Positions 1 to 7,781 are shown, counted from the first letter of the stretch. The stretch is DNA of 17,217 bases from Methanocellales archaeon (GCA_038850285.1 JAWCMA010000006.1:36917-54133); one strand, 5' to 3'. Notes: generated by a model not told the origin, from the letters alone. Numbers and translations: made by a program.

Positions 1-327
1 GGGCTGGGAAAAGCCAAGAGAGAGTTTTCCATTGGAATCGCTGAAAGAGGTATAGATTTTTCACCTTTGCTTCGCGAGAAGGCAGAGAGTATTGCTGAAA
101 GTTTGAAGGGGGATGGGATTATTGATTTCAAGCTTGATTTGAAATATAGCTATCTGGCTTCAGGATATTTAGGCATGCCTTTTAAAGGAGATACATTTCT
201 GCTGAGAGCGAATTTGCAGGGCGATGTGCTCACCTTGATAGTTAATCATATCGATGGCCCGGGGAAAACTAGTTCTGTTGAAGTTGCGAATACCATAGTT
301 GAGGAGATAAGATTGAGCAATGAGTGA
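1..327 (+). CDS. Hypothetical protein, 5'-truncated by the window edge
   Basis: Frame 1 is open from base 1 (GLGKAKREFSIGIAERGIDFSPLLREK...) to TGA at 325-327, so the TTG at 67 is probably internal. Its end overlaps the next start (320), suggesting an operon. No family recognised. Confidence 0.7.
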   Translation, partial: GLGKAKREFSIGIAERGIDFSPLLREKAESIAESLKGDGIIDFKLDLKYSYLASGYLGMPFKGDTFLLRANLQGDVLTLIVNHIDGPGKTSSVEVANTIVEEIRLSNE

Positions 328-778
328 ATTGCTTATTACGATTGCGCAGCCATTTAAAAAAAGGGGTAAGAATTCTCTAACAGCAAGCGAATTTATTTTT
401 GCTTTATCTCTCGACCTAGGTTGGTTCTCCCCTGAGCAAGCGAAGCAAGTGCTAGCACTGGCAGAGAAAGCAGGTATTTTGATGAAAAAAGGAGATGAGA
501 TCAAGCCAAATTTCGATCCCAAAAGCATTGAAGCTCCATTTGGATTCAAGCCTGATTTAAAAGCAATTCTACAGCGAAATGTTTTTGATGAAATAGTTGA
601 GCGTATTATGAGCAGTGGTTTGAGTAGGAGAGATGCAATTGCATTGATAAATAAAAAGCAGGAATCTATCTCAAGGCTAGTAACCATTGAAGTCGCGGCT
701 TTGCTTGTGGCTAAAGAAAGAGAAGTTGAAATAGCCGATTTAGCGGAGAAGGCATTTATTGAGCTGGTGAAGAGTTAA
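320..778 (+). CDS. DUF2240 family archaeal protein
   Basis: 152 aa with the N-terminal pattern IAQPFKKRGK...EFIFALSLDLGWFSPEQAK...PNFD...PFGFKP and C-terminal EVAALLVAKE, typical of DUF2240 as recalled. Confidence 0.8.
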   Translation: MSELLITIAQPFKKRGKNSLTASEFIFALSLDLGWFSPEQAKQVLALAEKAGILMKKGDEIKPNFDPKSIEAPFGFKPDLKAILQRNVFDEIVERIMSSGLSRRDAIALINKKQESISRLVTIEVAALLVAKEREVEIADLAEKAFIELVKS

Positions 779-837
779 TTTCAATCAGCTGAAAAATATT
801 ATTCGATATCTTTTAATATTAGAATTTTATAAAATAT

Positions 838-1545
838 ATGGAAATGGGTTCTGGAAAGAAAAGAAGCATGGAACTGCTTTTGGATATAATCTGCCACGAT
901 ATCAAAAATATAAATCAAGTAGGCATGGGGTATCTCGAGCTTTTGCTTGAGGATAAAAACTTGGGGGAGAAGCAAAGGGAATATGGAGAGAAAGTCTTGA
1001 AAGCATTTCAAAGCTCTGCGAGATTAATTGAAAACATTGAAAAAATAAGACAAGCTAGAGCGCTTAAACTCGAACCGTTGGATCTCAATTGTATAATTAA
1101 AGAAGTAATCGAGGAATTCTCCACGCCTGCGGTTAAAGATAGGGAAGTTAAGCTTAAGATAAAATATAGCCCTAGAAAAAGAAAAAATCTCATCATAAAT
1201 TCTAGTCCCCTCGTGAGAGATGTATTTGCAAATCTCCTCGATAACGCTATCAAGCACGCGGGTAAAAGTAGAGTTAAAATTAACATAAACATTGAAGATT
1301 ATACTTGGAGAAACAAGGAATTTTATAAAATAACAGTTGAGGACAATGGAAAGGGAATGCCAGACGATCTGAAAAAACTCTTCAACCGCCAAGTTACAAA
1401 GCTCAAAGGCCTTGGTTTATATCTTGTGAAAAATATTGTGGGAAAAACCGGTGGAAAAGTATGGGTTGAAGATAGAGTTAAGGGAAACCACGCGAAAGGC
1501 GCTAGATTTGTAGTAATCCTCCCCAAGCTAGCTTCTTTCAGCTAG
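838..1545 (+). CDS. Histidine kinase (HisKA-like + HATPase_c) with no sensor domain
   Basis: H-box LLDIICHDIKNINQ, N-box VFANLLDNAIKH, G1 VEDNGKGM, G2 KGLGLYLVK, terminal VWVEDRVKG..KGARFVVILP. Start could be 838, 844 or 868. Confidence 0.9.
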   Translation: MEMGSGKKRSMELLLDIICHDIKNINQVGMGYLELLLEDKNLGEKQREYGEKVLKAFQSSARLIENIEKIRQARALKLEPLDLNCIIKEVIEEFSTPAVKDREVKLKIKYSPRKRKNLIINSSPLVRDVFANLLDNAIKHAGKSRVKININIEDYTWRNKEFYKITVEDNGKGMPDDLKKLFNRQVTKLKGLGLYLVKNIVGKTGGKVWVEDRVKGNHAKGARFVVILPKLASFS

Positions 1546-2403
1546 ATAAATACCATAAACCACTAAAACTCCACCAGTGAGAATTGCCCAAGTTATTGCT
1601 TCGCCTAAAAAGAGAGCGCTTAATAGAATTGCAAAGAGAGGAATGGTGTAAAGAAATACACCTGCCTCACTTGCCTCAAGCTTCGACAGCGCGCGATTAT
1701 AAAGCAAATAACCTAGCACGCTGCTTGCAATGCCTAGATAAAAAACACTAAACCAGCCAACTAAAGTTATCCTCTCAGGAAGCTCGATATTCAGCAAAAG
1801 CGGGAGAAAGCAAAGAGTGCCAATTATAAAGGTAATGGTGGTGGATGCAAGTGGTGAATAATCCCTTAAAATTTTCTTTCCCACAACTGTGTATATCCCC
1901 CAGCAAATCGCCGCTAGGAGCATAAGGAAAGCTCCATATATTGTGGTAAAATTAACATAAAAGTTGAAATCCCCATTCGTTAAGACCAAGCAAAGCCCGA
2001 AAAAGGAAATGAAAATTCCTAGCGTCCTCTTAATACCTATTCTCTCCTTATTTAAAAAGGCTGAGAATAGAGCGATAAAAATTGGATTGGTATTCACCAC
2101 GATAGAACCGATGGAAGCAGAGGTGTAAAGTAGAGAATTATACTGCAGAAAATAAAATAGCGTTACACCACTGAGTCCAAGTACTAAGAAAACGGGTAAA
2201 TCTCGAGTTGAATTTATGATTTTAAGCTTTTCATTTTGCCGCGTGTATAAGATTAAGATTAATATTGGAATAGCAACTAAAAATCGAAGAATGGAGAGCA
2301 GAACTGGTGCAAGTTCTTGCAAGCCTGCTTTTGCAGAAACAGTTGCACCAGCCCAGAGCACTGCTACTAAAATTAGGGATAAATATGTTATGAACTTGCC
2401 CAT
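1528..2403 (-). CDS. EamA/DMT family drug/metabolite transporter
   Basis: About 10 hydrophobic segments in two repeated halves (LWAGATVSAK..LRF; NTNPIFIALFSAFLNKERI; CWGIYTVVGKK; TIPLFAILLSALFLGEAIT). Start set at ATG 2403, 2 nt after the Hel308 stop. Confidence 0.9.
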   Translation of the reverse strand: MGKFITYLSLILVAVLWAGATVSAKAGLQELAPVLLSILRFLVAIPILILILYTRQNEKLKIINSTRDLPVFLVLGLSGVTLFYFLQYNSLLYTSASIGSIVVNTNPIFIALFSAFLNKERIGIKRTLGIFISFFGLCLVLTNGDFNFYVNFTTIYGAFLMLLAAICWGIYTVVGKKILRDYSPLASTTITFIIGTLCFLPLLLNIELPERITLVGWFSVFYLGIASSVLGYLLYNRALSKLEASEAGVFLYTIPLFAILLSALFLGEAITWAILTGGVLVVYGIYLAERS

Positions 2404-2405
2404 AT

Positions 2406-4589
2406 TTATTCCAGTAGCTTGGATTGCTTGTATATTATCTTCTCCTCTTCCCCTTCCCCCATGCCAATTCCCCCCCAAACCTGCTGCAGAATCTTCCTCG
2501 CTATTTTCTCGCCAATGGCGGGCACCCTTGCTAATTCCTCAACACTTGCATTTCTAAGTGCTTCAAGATCGCGATAGCCTGAGTTATAAAGCATTCTAGC
2601 ACGCACTCTCCCTATATCCCTGAGCTGTATCAAGGGTAGAAGTTCAATTGCAGCTCCATATCTAAGCCGCTGCTCAAGTGCTCTCGCTAGCTTGCTAGCT
2701 GGGTGTTTAAGGTGCTTAGCGAGCTCTGCCAGTGCATGTGCCAGCCATTCAGCAGTCTCAGCAAGTGCTCTGATATCTCCAGGGCCGATGTTGAATCTCT
2801 TGGTAATAAGCTCCTCTTTTTCCTCGGATATCCAGCTTTCCAACATCAAAGCAGTTTTAACCTCGCTTAAATACCATTCATATTCCTCGCCATCAAATGC
2901 ACTTTTATGCTCCAGCAGCTCATGTTCTCTTTCAATTAATGCATTTAAAATCCAGTCATAGTCTTTACTGCGCAGGTAAAGGCGGCGCATATCAGGTGTG
3001 CTGCAAATAATATGCAGCAGAGCAAGAGTAGAAGGCTGCTTCGATTTACTCAAAGCTTTTATCATGATCGAAGCAGAGAGGGGATCTATGTAGAGCCTTG
3101 AAATCAAACTTCCAAGTATAGTTGGCGATAGAAATTCCCCTTGAACTATAATCATTTTCTCGCTTTCAAAGAAAGCGATTAATTTGCATAGCAATGGCTC
3201 GATTTTTATTCCTTTATCAAGTCGCTGAAAGCCAAAGAAAGTTGTCATTAGGAATTCCTGGAGCTCAGCCTTTGTACTTGCAAATCCAGTTGCTATTAAA
3301 GAGAGCACGTGAGTGCGGAGCGCTGGTTCTGAGCCAAGTTTGGAATATATCCTCTCTGGCTTGGCATTTATGTATTCCGCCATGAGCTTGAGAAGTTCAC
3401 TATGGCTCTTCGCTAAGAGCACTGCCTCGCCATAGGGGTCCAAGCTAGGTCTGCCAGCTCTACCTCCCATTTGCTTTACTTCAAGCACCGGGAGAGCTTG
3501 CGATCCAAAGTTTGGATCATAGCGCTTATATTCCTTAATTATCACTCGCCTTGCTGGTAGATTAAGCCCTGCGGCTAGTGTTGGAGTGCAGGCAATAATT
3601 TTAATTTTGCCTCTTCGAAAGCCATCTTCAACTATCTTTCTATGCTCAGCTCTTAAACCAGCGTGGTGAAAAGCAGCTCCTCCCACTAGGCAGGCTGCGA
3701 GTTTTCTGCAGATCTCAGTTTCAGCGGTTGCCTCAACTTCACTTGAAAGGTCTAGAGCTGAGGAGAGTTTTTTGCTTTTTAAAATCCGGCTTATTCTCAA
3801 GGCAATGCTCTCGGCATTTCTCCTGGTGCTGGTGAAGATGAGGCACTGCCCTCCCTCTTTAACTGTATCAAGCGCTAGTGAAATTGTTTCCTCTTTCTCC
3901 TCAAGCTCGATTTCTCTTTTATCCTCTTTGAAAAAAATCACTCTGCTGAAGAAAACTCCTTCTTTTAACTCCACTGGTCTGAAGTCGCTTACAAGCAGCT
4001 CAGCTTGGAGCCAAGAAGCAAGTTCCTCTGGATTGCCTATTGTTGCACTTAAAGCGATGATTTGAGCATTTGGATTTAGCTTCTTGAGCTTTGCAACTGT
4101 AACTTCAAGAGTGGGACCGCGATCTGCTTGGTCGATTAAATGGATTTCATCCACAACTATTACAGTTATTTCATTCATCCAAGGGGATTGATTGCGCAGC
4201 AGGGAATCTGCTTTTTCTGAGGTTGCAATTATTATATCATTTCTACCTAGCCATTCATCGCGTTTGTCAAAATCCCCAGTTGAGATTCCAATTTTTATAT
4301 TAAATATATTGAATTTTGAAAAATATTCATACTTCTCACTTGCTAGTGCACGCAGGGGGACTATGTAGAGCGTTTTCCCCCCTTTATTCAAAATCGAGTT
4401 AAGCATGGCGAATTCAGCTATCAAGGTTTTACCGCTAGCTGTGGGTATCGCAGCGAGAATATTTTTACCCTGGAATATTCCTAGTTTAACAGCTTGAGCT
4501 TGAGGTGGATATAGCTCGTTTATCCCTTGAGCTTCATAAAACTTTAATACTTCCTGCGGTAGATATTCATTTAACTCACTAATTTTCAT
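2406..4589 (-). CDS. hel308: Ski2-like SF2 DNA helicase Hel308 (Hjm)
   Basis: Q-motif LYPPQ, Walker A PTASGKT, PLRALASEK, DEIH, SAT, HHAGL, TPTLAAGLNLPARRV, QMGGRAGRP, C-terminal HhH (IGRVRARMLYNSG, VPAIGEKIA); 727 aa. Confidence 0.95.
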   Translation of the reverse strand: MKISELNEYLPQEVLKFYEAQGINELYPPQAQAVKLGIFQGKNILAAIPTASGKTLIAEFAMLNSILNKGGKTLYIVPLRALASEKYEYFSKFNIFNIKIGISTGDFDKRDEWLGRNDIIIATSEKADSLLRNQSPWMNEITVIVVDEIHLIDQADRGPTLEVTVAKLKKLNPNAQIIALSATIGNPEELASWLQAELLVSDFRPVELKEGVFFSRVIFFKEDKREIELEEKEETISLALDTVKEGGQCLIFTSTRRNAESIALRISRILKSKKLSSALDLSSEVEATAETEICRKLAACLVGGAAFHHAGLRAEHRKIVEDGFRRGKIKIIACTPTLAAGLNLPARRVIIKEYKRYDPNFGSQALPVLEVKQMGGRAGRPSLDPYGEAVLLAKSHSELLKLMAEYINAKPERIYSKLGSEPALRTHVLSLIATGFASTKAELQEFLMTTFFGFQRLDKGIKIEPLLCKLIAFFESEKMIIVQGEFLSPTILGSLISRLYIDPLSASIMIKALSKSKQPSTLALLHIICSTPDMRRLYLRSKDYDWILNALIEREHELLEHKSAFDGEEYEWYLSEVKTALMLESWISEEKEELITKRFNIGPGDIRALAETAEWLAHALAELAKHLKHPASKLARALEQRLRYGAAIELLPLIQLRDIGRVRARMLYNSGYRDLEALRNASVEELARVPAIGEKIARKILQQVWGGIGMGEGEEEKIIYKQSKLLE

Positions 4590-4675
4590 TCTAAATTAAA
4601 ATGCTCTACCAGCAAAAAATAGTTTTGCAATAGCTTAAAATAAGCAAAGGCTTAATATTCAGCACAGGGAAATTT

Positions 4676-5089
4676 GTGAAGGTGAATATAACTGAGGTTA
4701 GAGTTAGATTTGGAGATACTGATCCATTTGGCGTGGTTTACTTCGTGAGCTATCTGCGCTATTTTAAATCTGGGTTAGATGACTATTTAAGATCTTGTGG
4801 GATTAAGCCTGAGGAACTCTTTCGCAATAGAGAGCGCAAAATTGGCTTTCCAATAGTTGAATGCCATGCGCAGTATAGAGCACCTGCTAGATATGATGAT
4901 TTGCTTGAACTGCATACCTCTTTAAAGGAACTTCGAGAGAAGGCGGCAATTTTTGAATTCAAGATATATAAAAAGGAAACAAAGCAGTTTCTAGCAAGTG
5001 GAACCATAACCTGCGTAGCAATAAACGATACTTGGAATCCAATTCCTATTCCCGAAGATATTGCAAGAAAGTTTAGGGGTGACACTTGA
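4676..5089 (+). CDS. Acyl-CoA thioesterase, 4HBT/YbgC hotdog-fold family
   Basis: VRVRFGDTDPFGVVY motif with the catalytic Asp, plus YRAPARYDDLL; 137 aa; GTG start. Confidence 0.88.
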   Translation: MKVNITEVRVRFGDTDPFGVVYFVSYLRYFKSGLDDYLRSCGIKPEELFRNRERKIGFPIVECHAQYRAPARYDDLLELHTSLKELREKAAIFEFKIYKKETKQFLASGTITCVAINDTWNPIPIPEDIARKFRGDT

Positions 5090-5178
5090 TTCAGTTTTTT
5101 CAAATCCAGATCAAAAAGAATAAGTAATAAGCAGTTAAGTTAAAATTGGAGGAAAACTTTGGGGAGGTGATAATTTTG

Positions 5179-5742
5179 GTGAAATATCGCTATAAGAAAG
5201 CGGTAACTCTAAAAGATGGCACTAAAGTAACGCTTCGCGAGTTAACAAAGGAAGATGAAGAAGCATTCATTCCTTTTTTCGACTATGTTTCTAAAGAAGA
5301 TGCGAGGTATTTGAAGCATAACATTAAAGATGAGAAACTAATTAAGCGTTGGATCGAGGAACTGGATTATAGCAAAACTCTGCCAATCATCGCAGAGAAA
5401 GATGGCGTGATTATTGGCGACGCTTCGCTGGATTTCTGCCCGCAGAGATGCAAGCACGTGGGCAGATTAAGTGTAACAGTACATAGAGACTATAGAGGCA
5501 AAGGCTTGGGCAAAGAACTTTTGAAATTCGTTGAAGAAATAGCTCAAACCAAACTAGGTATAAGCAAGCTATATACAGAGCTTGTATCCAGCGATATTAG
5601 AGCTATTAGATTCATGGAAGCACTTGGGTTCGAAAGAGAGGCAGTGCTCAGGGAGCACTTCATTTCAGAGGATGGAGCGGTGCATGATATAGTGGTTATG
5701 TCAAAATTCTACATACCTGAAGAAGAGGCTGAAGGCTGGTAA
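5179..5742 (+). CDS. GNAT family N-acetyltransferase
   Basis: Acetyl-CoA binding motif VHRDYRGKGLG, plus AIRFMEALGFEREAVLREH and N-terminal LKDGTKVTLREL. Start set at GTG 5179 behind a strong SD GGAGGTGA (5163-5170). Confidence 0.9.
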   Translation: MKYRYKKAVTLKDGTKVTLRELTKEDEEAFIPFFDYVSKEDARYLKHNIKDEKLIKRWIEELDYSKTLPIIAEKDGVIIGDASLDFCPQRCKHVGRLSVTVHRDYRGKGLGKELLKFVEEIAQTKLGISKLYTELVSSDIRAIRFMEALGFEREAVLREHFISEDGAVHDIVVMSKFYIPEEEAEGW

Positions 5743-5750
5743 ATAAATTT

Positions 5751-5802
5751 ATTTTATTATTTTATTATTTTATTATTTTATTATTTTATTATTTTATTAT
5801 TT
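5751..5802. repeat. Perfect tandem repeat (ATTTTATT) x 6.5
   Basis: Units start at 5751, 5759, 5767, 5775, 5783 and 5791, with a partial unit at 5799. Lies between convergent genes and overlaps the amidohydrolase stop. Confidence 0.95.
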
Positions 5803-6770
5803 GGGATTCCAAGCAGCTTTCTCGCATTTTTTCCAAAGATCTTTTCTTTCGCCTCGAGCGATATATCAAGTGCAGCAAGCCATCTCACGTAGTTCCTCAA
5901 GCCTGTATGGCGGTCGCAGAAGTTAGTTATAGCAGGATAGTCGCTTCCGAAGAGTATTCTCTCAGCACCCAGTCTTGCTATCGCCTTTTGAATCAAATCC
6001 TCAATGAATACAGCTGAGGTATCCAAATATATATTATCACTTGCACTCATTAGCTCTATTGCTTCATCCAAGTATTTCCCGGGGAGATATGGTGTATATC
6101 CACCTAGATGAGCGAGGATCAATTTTAAATCTGGAAATTCTTCAGCTATTCTTCTTAAGTGTTTAGGCCTTGCATATGCTGCAAGAGATGGCAGTTCAAA
6201 TGGACCAAAATTGCAGCCCATATGCATCAATATAGCAAGATCGTTTCTTTCAGCGAATTCATAGATAAAATCGAGTTTTCTATCACTTGGATTGAAAAAC
6301 TGAAGCGTTGGCAGTAGTTTAATTCCTTTAAATCCAGATTTCTTGATTTTCATTAGTTTTTCAAATACATATCCCTCTTCCACATTGGGATTTACGGATC
6401 CAAATCCAAGAAATTTAGCGGGATAGCGATCCATGAAAAGCTTTACTTCTTCCTCAGATGTTTTAACCACCTCTAAAATCTGCTTCCCTAAATCACGAAG
6501 ATATGCTTCGGCATAAGGGCTTTTAACTGGGATTTCACGCCAGAAATACCAGAAATACTTTCTAGCTTCCTCTACCTTGAGCTCTTTTAAATATACAAGG
6601 TCCTCAACGTTAGTATCTATTGCTAGCAACACTGCCATATCCACGCCTGCTCTGCTCAATGTATCAGCTAGCTGATCAATAACTTCTTCAGGAGTTTTAC
6701 TAGGTACTCTAGGCGGGTGCAAGTGAATATCTATTATTTCAACTTCTCTTTCCGCAATTTTTAGAGTCAT
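5781..6770 (-). CDS. Amidohydrolase_2 family metal-dependent hydrolase (TIM barrel)
   Basis: IDIHLH metal motif, GFKGIKL, ILMHMG, FPDLKLILAHLG, NIYLDTS, RILFGSDYP, KIFGKNARKLL. Start set at ATG 6770. Confidence 0.9.
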   Translation of the reverse strand: MTLKIAEREVEIIDIHLHPPRVPSKTPEEVIDQLADTLSRAGVDMAVLLAIDTNVEDLVYLKELKVEEARKYFWYFWREIPVKSPYAEAYLRDLGKQILEVVKTSEEEVKLFMDRYPAKFLGFGSVNPNVEEGYVFEKLMKIKKSGFKGIKLLPTLQFFNPSDRKLDFIYEFAERNDLAILMHMGCNFGPFELPSLAAYARPKHLRRIAEEFPDLKLILAHLGGYTPYLPGKYLDEAIELMSASDNIYLDTSAVFIEDLIQKAIARLGAERILFGSDYPAITNFCDRHTGLRNYVRWLAALDISLEAKEKIFGKNARKLLGIPNNKIIK

Positions 6771-6795
6771 CAACCAAATTTTTACCTTTGAGTTA

Positions 6796-6808
6796 ATATA
6801 AACTTCCC
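6796..6808 (-). promoter_or_regulatory. Probable archaeal BRE/TATA promoter of the amidohydrolase (leaderless or short leader)
   Basis: Minus strand reads GGGAAG-TTTATAT, ending about 26 nt upstream of ATG 6770. Confidence 0.5.
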
Positions 6809-6945
6809 CGATAACTATCCCAGCGATAGAGTAGAATAAATACAATACAGGAATACAGATACTAGATACTAGAATACTAGCAAAAGCTATATATGCAATT
6901 AATGTAATTCTTGCTCTAAGATAATAAGGATGGAGGAAGGAGGGT

Positions 6946-6968
6946 AGGCGCCTCATAATGAGGCGCCT
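6946..6968. repeat. Perfect GC-rich inverted repeat AGGCGCCTCAT-A-ATGAGGCGCCT (terminator or operator candidate)
   Basis: 11-bp arms with a 1-nt spacer, 3 nt beyond the stop of the minus-strand ORF ending at 6972. Confidence 0.8.
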
Positions 6969-6971
6969 TTT

Positions 6972-7166
6972 CTACTCAAGAAATTTCTCAAGCTTTTTCC
7001 TTCTATCATCAAAAATAGCAATGATCCTTGCCTCTCCCTTTACGACTTCTTCAAAACCTCGAGTTTCACTTTTAATTCGCAGCAGCGTAGAGAGCAAGCC
7101 TTTATGAAGCTCTAGGCTTTTCATTATTCTCTCATGCTCCTCTTTTAATTCTTCAACTCTGCACAT
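6972..7166 (-). CDS. Small hypothetical helical protein (about 64 aa)
   Basis: E/K/L-rich amphipathic sequence (MCRVEELKEEHERIMKSLELHKGLL...). SD-like GGGGTGG before ATG 7166, TATA-like ATATATAAA near 7206-7214, and an inverted repeat right after the stop. Confidence 0.6.
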   Translation of the reverse strand: MCRVEELKEEHERIMKSLELHKGLLSTLLRIKSETRGFEEVVKGEARIIAIFDDRRKKLEKFLE

Positions 7167-7199
7167 CCAGTCCACCCCAGATCGATTTTCTCTTTCTTT

Positions 7200-7265
7200 T
7201 ACATTTTTATATATTTTTTCCTGCCACTATTTTTGCTCTTTCCCAATACTGCTTTATATTTAAAA
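7200..7265. promoter_or_regulatory. Divergent promoter region for the small ORF and hisI
   Basis: Plus-strand TTTATATT at 7253-7260, about 20-27 nt before the hisI ATG. Minus-strand GGAAAAAATATATAAAAA around 7204-7221. Confidence 0.5.
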
Positions 7266-7279
7266 GGCTAGTAAAAAAT

Positions 7280-7654
7280 ATGAATGAAGTACTGCAGGAG
7301 GTAAATTTCAAGGATGAATTGATCACCGCGGTTGTACAGGATTTCAAAACCAATGAAGTACTAATGTGTGCCTTTATGAATAGGGAAGCCCTTGAGAAAA
7401 GCCTCTCAACAGGTAAAATGTGCTTCTACAGCAGAAGCCGCCGAAGACTATGGGTTAAGGGCGAGACCTCTGGTCATTATCAATATATTAAAGAGGTGAG
7501 AATTGATTGCGATGGCGATTCTCTTTTATTCAAGGTGGAGCAAATCAAAGCTGCTTGCCATGAAGGCTATCGCTCTTGTTACTTTCGCAAACTCGAGAAT
7601 GGGAAATGGAAAGTGGTTGAGCCAAAAATAATTCAAAAAGAGCACGATCAATAA
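7280..7654 (+). CDS. hisI: Phosphoribosyl-AMP cyclohydrolase
   Basis: VLMCAFMNREAL, YSRSRRRLWVKGETSGH, DCDGDSLL, ACHEGYRSCYFR signature motifs. Confidence 0.97.
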   Translation: MNEVLQEVNFKDELITAVVQDFKTNEVLMCAFMNREALEKSLSTGKMCFYSRSRRRLWVKGETSGHYQYIKEVRIDCDGDSLLFKVEQIKAACHEGYRSCYFRKLENGKWKVVEPKIIQKEHDQ

Positions 7655-7691
7655 TTAACTTTACTTTCTCTGCGCTCTAATTGATCTATTT

Positions 7692-7781
7692 CGCAAGATT
7701 TAAATGCAATTGTAGAGCTTATTTGAATAAAGACCTATTGAGCTGAGAAAGTGCTTAAAGCGACAGTTTATTTGAATAGAG
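7692..7781 (+). promoter_or_regulatory. Putative cdh operon promoter with two repeated operator-like sites
   Basis: BRE/TATA-like CGCAAGA-TTTAAAT (7692-7705). Direct repeat AGYTTATTTGAATARAG at 7716-7732 and 7765-7781. Confidence 0.45.

Noticed and set aside
824-835. Palindrome ATTTTATAAAAT before the kinase
   Set aside because: A/T only within a very AT-rich spacer, so not significant alone.
2404-2478. N-terminal extension of the EamA ORF
   Set aside because: It overlaps the Hel308 3' end. ATG 2403 gives a normal-length EamA protein directly after the Hel308 stop.
4612-4645. Two short inverted repeats (GCAAAA-N5-TTTTGC; GCTTA-N3-TAAGC) in the hel308/thioesterase divergent promoter
   Set aside because: Arms of 5-6 bp in AT-rich DNA are expected by chance, and there is no independent support.
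169-5103. Shadow ORFs opposite DUF2240, the kinase, EamA, Hel308 and the thioesterase
   Set aside because: They overlap confident genes almost entirely and have Ser/Phe-rich, non-protein-like composition.
6771-6956. Hydrophobic 62-aa N-terminal extension of the amidohydrolase ORF (possible membrane anchor)
   Set aside because: The family's DxHxH motif normally lies near the N-terminus, a TATA box sits about 26 nt before ATG 6770, and the extension runs through micro-repeats and starts inside the palindrome. Probably a chance open frame.
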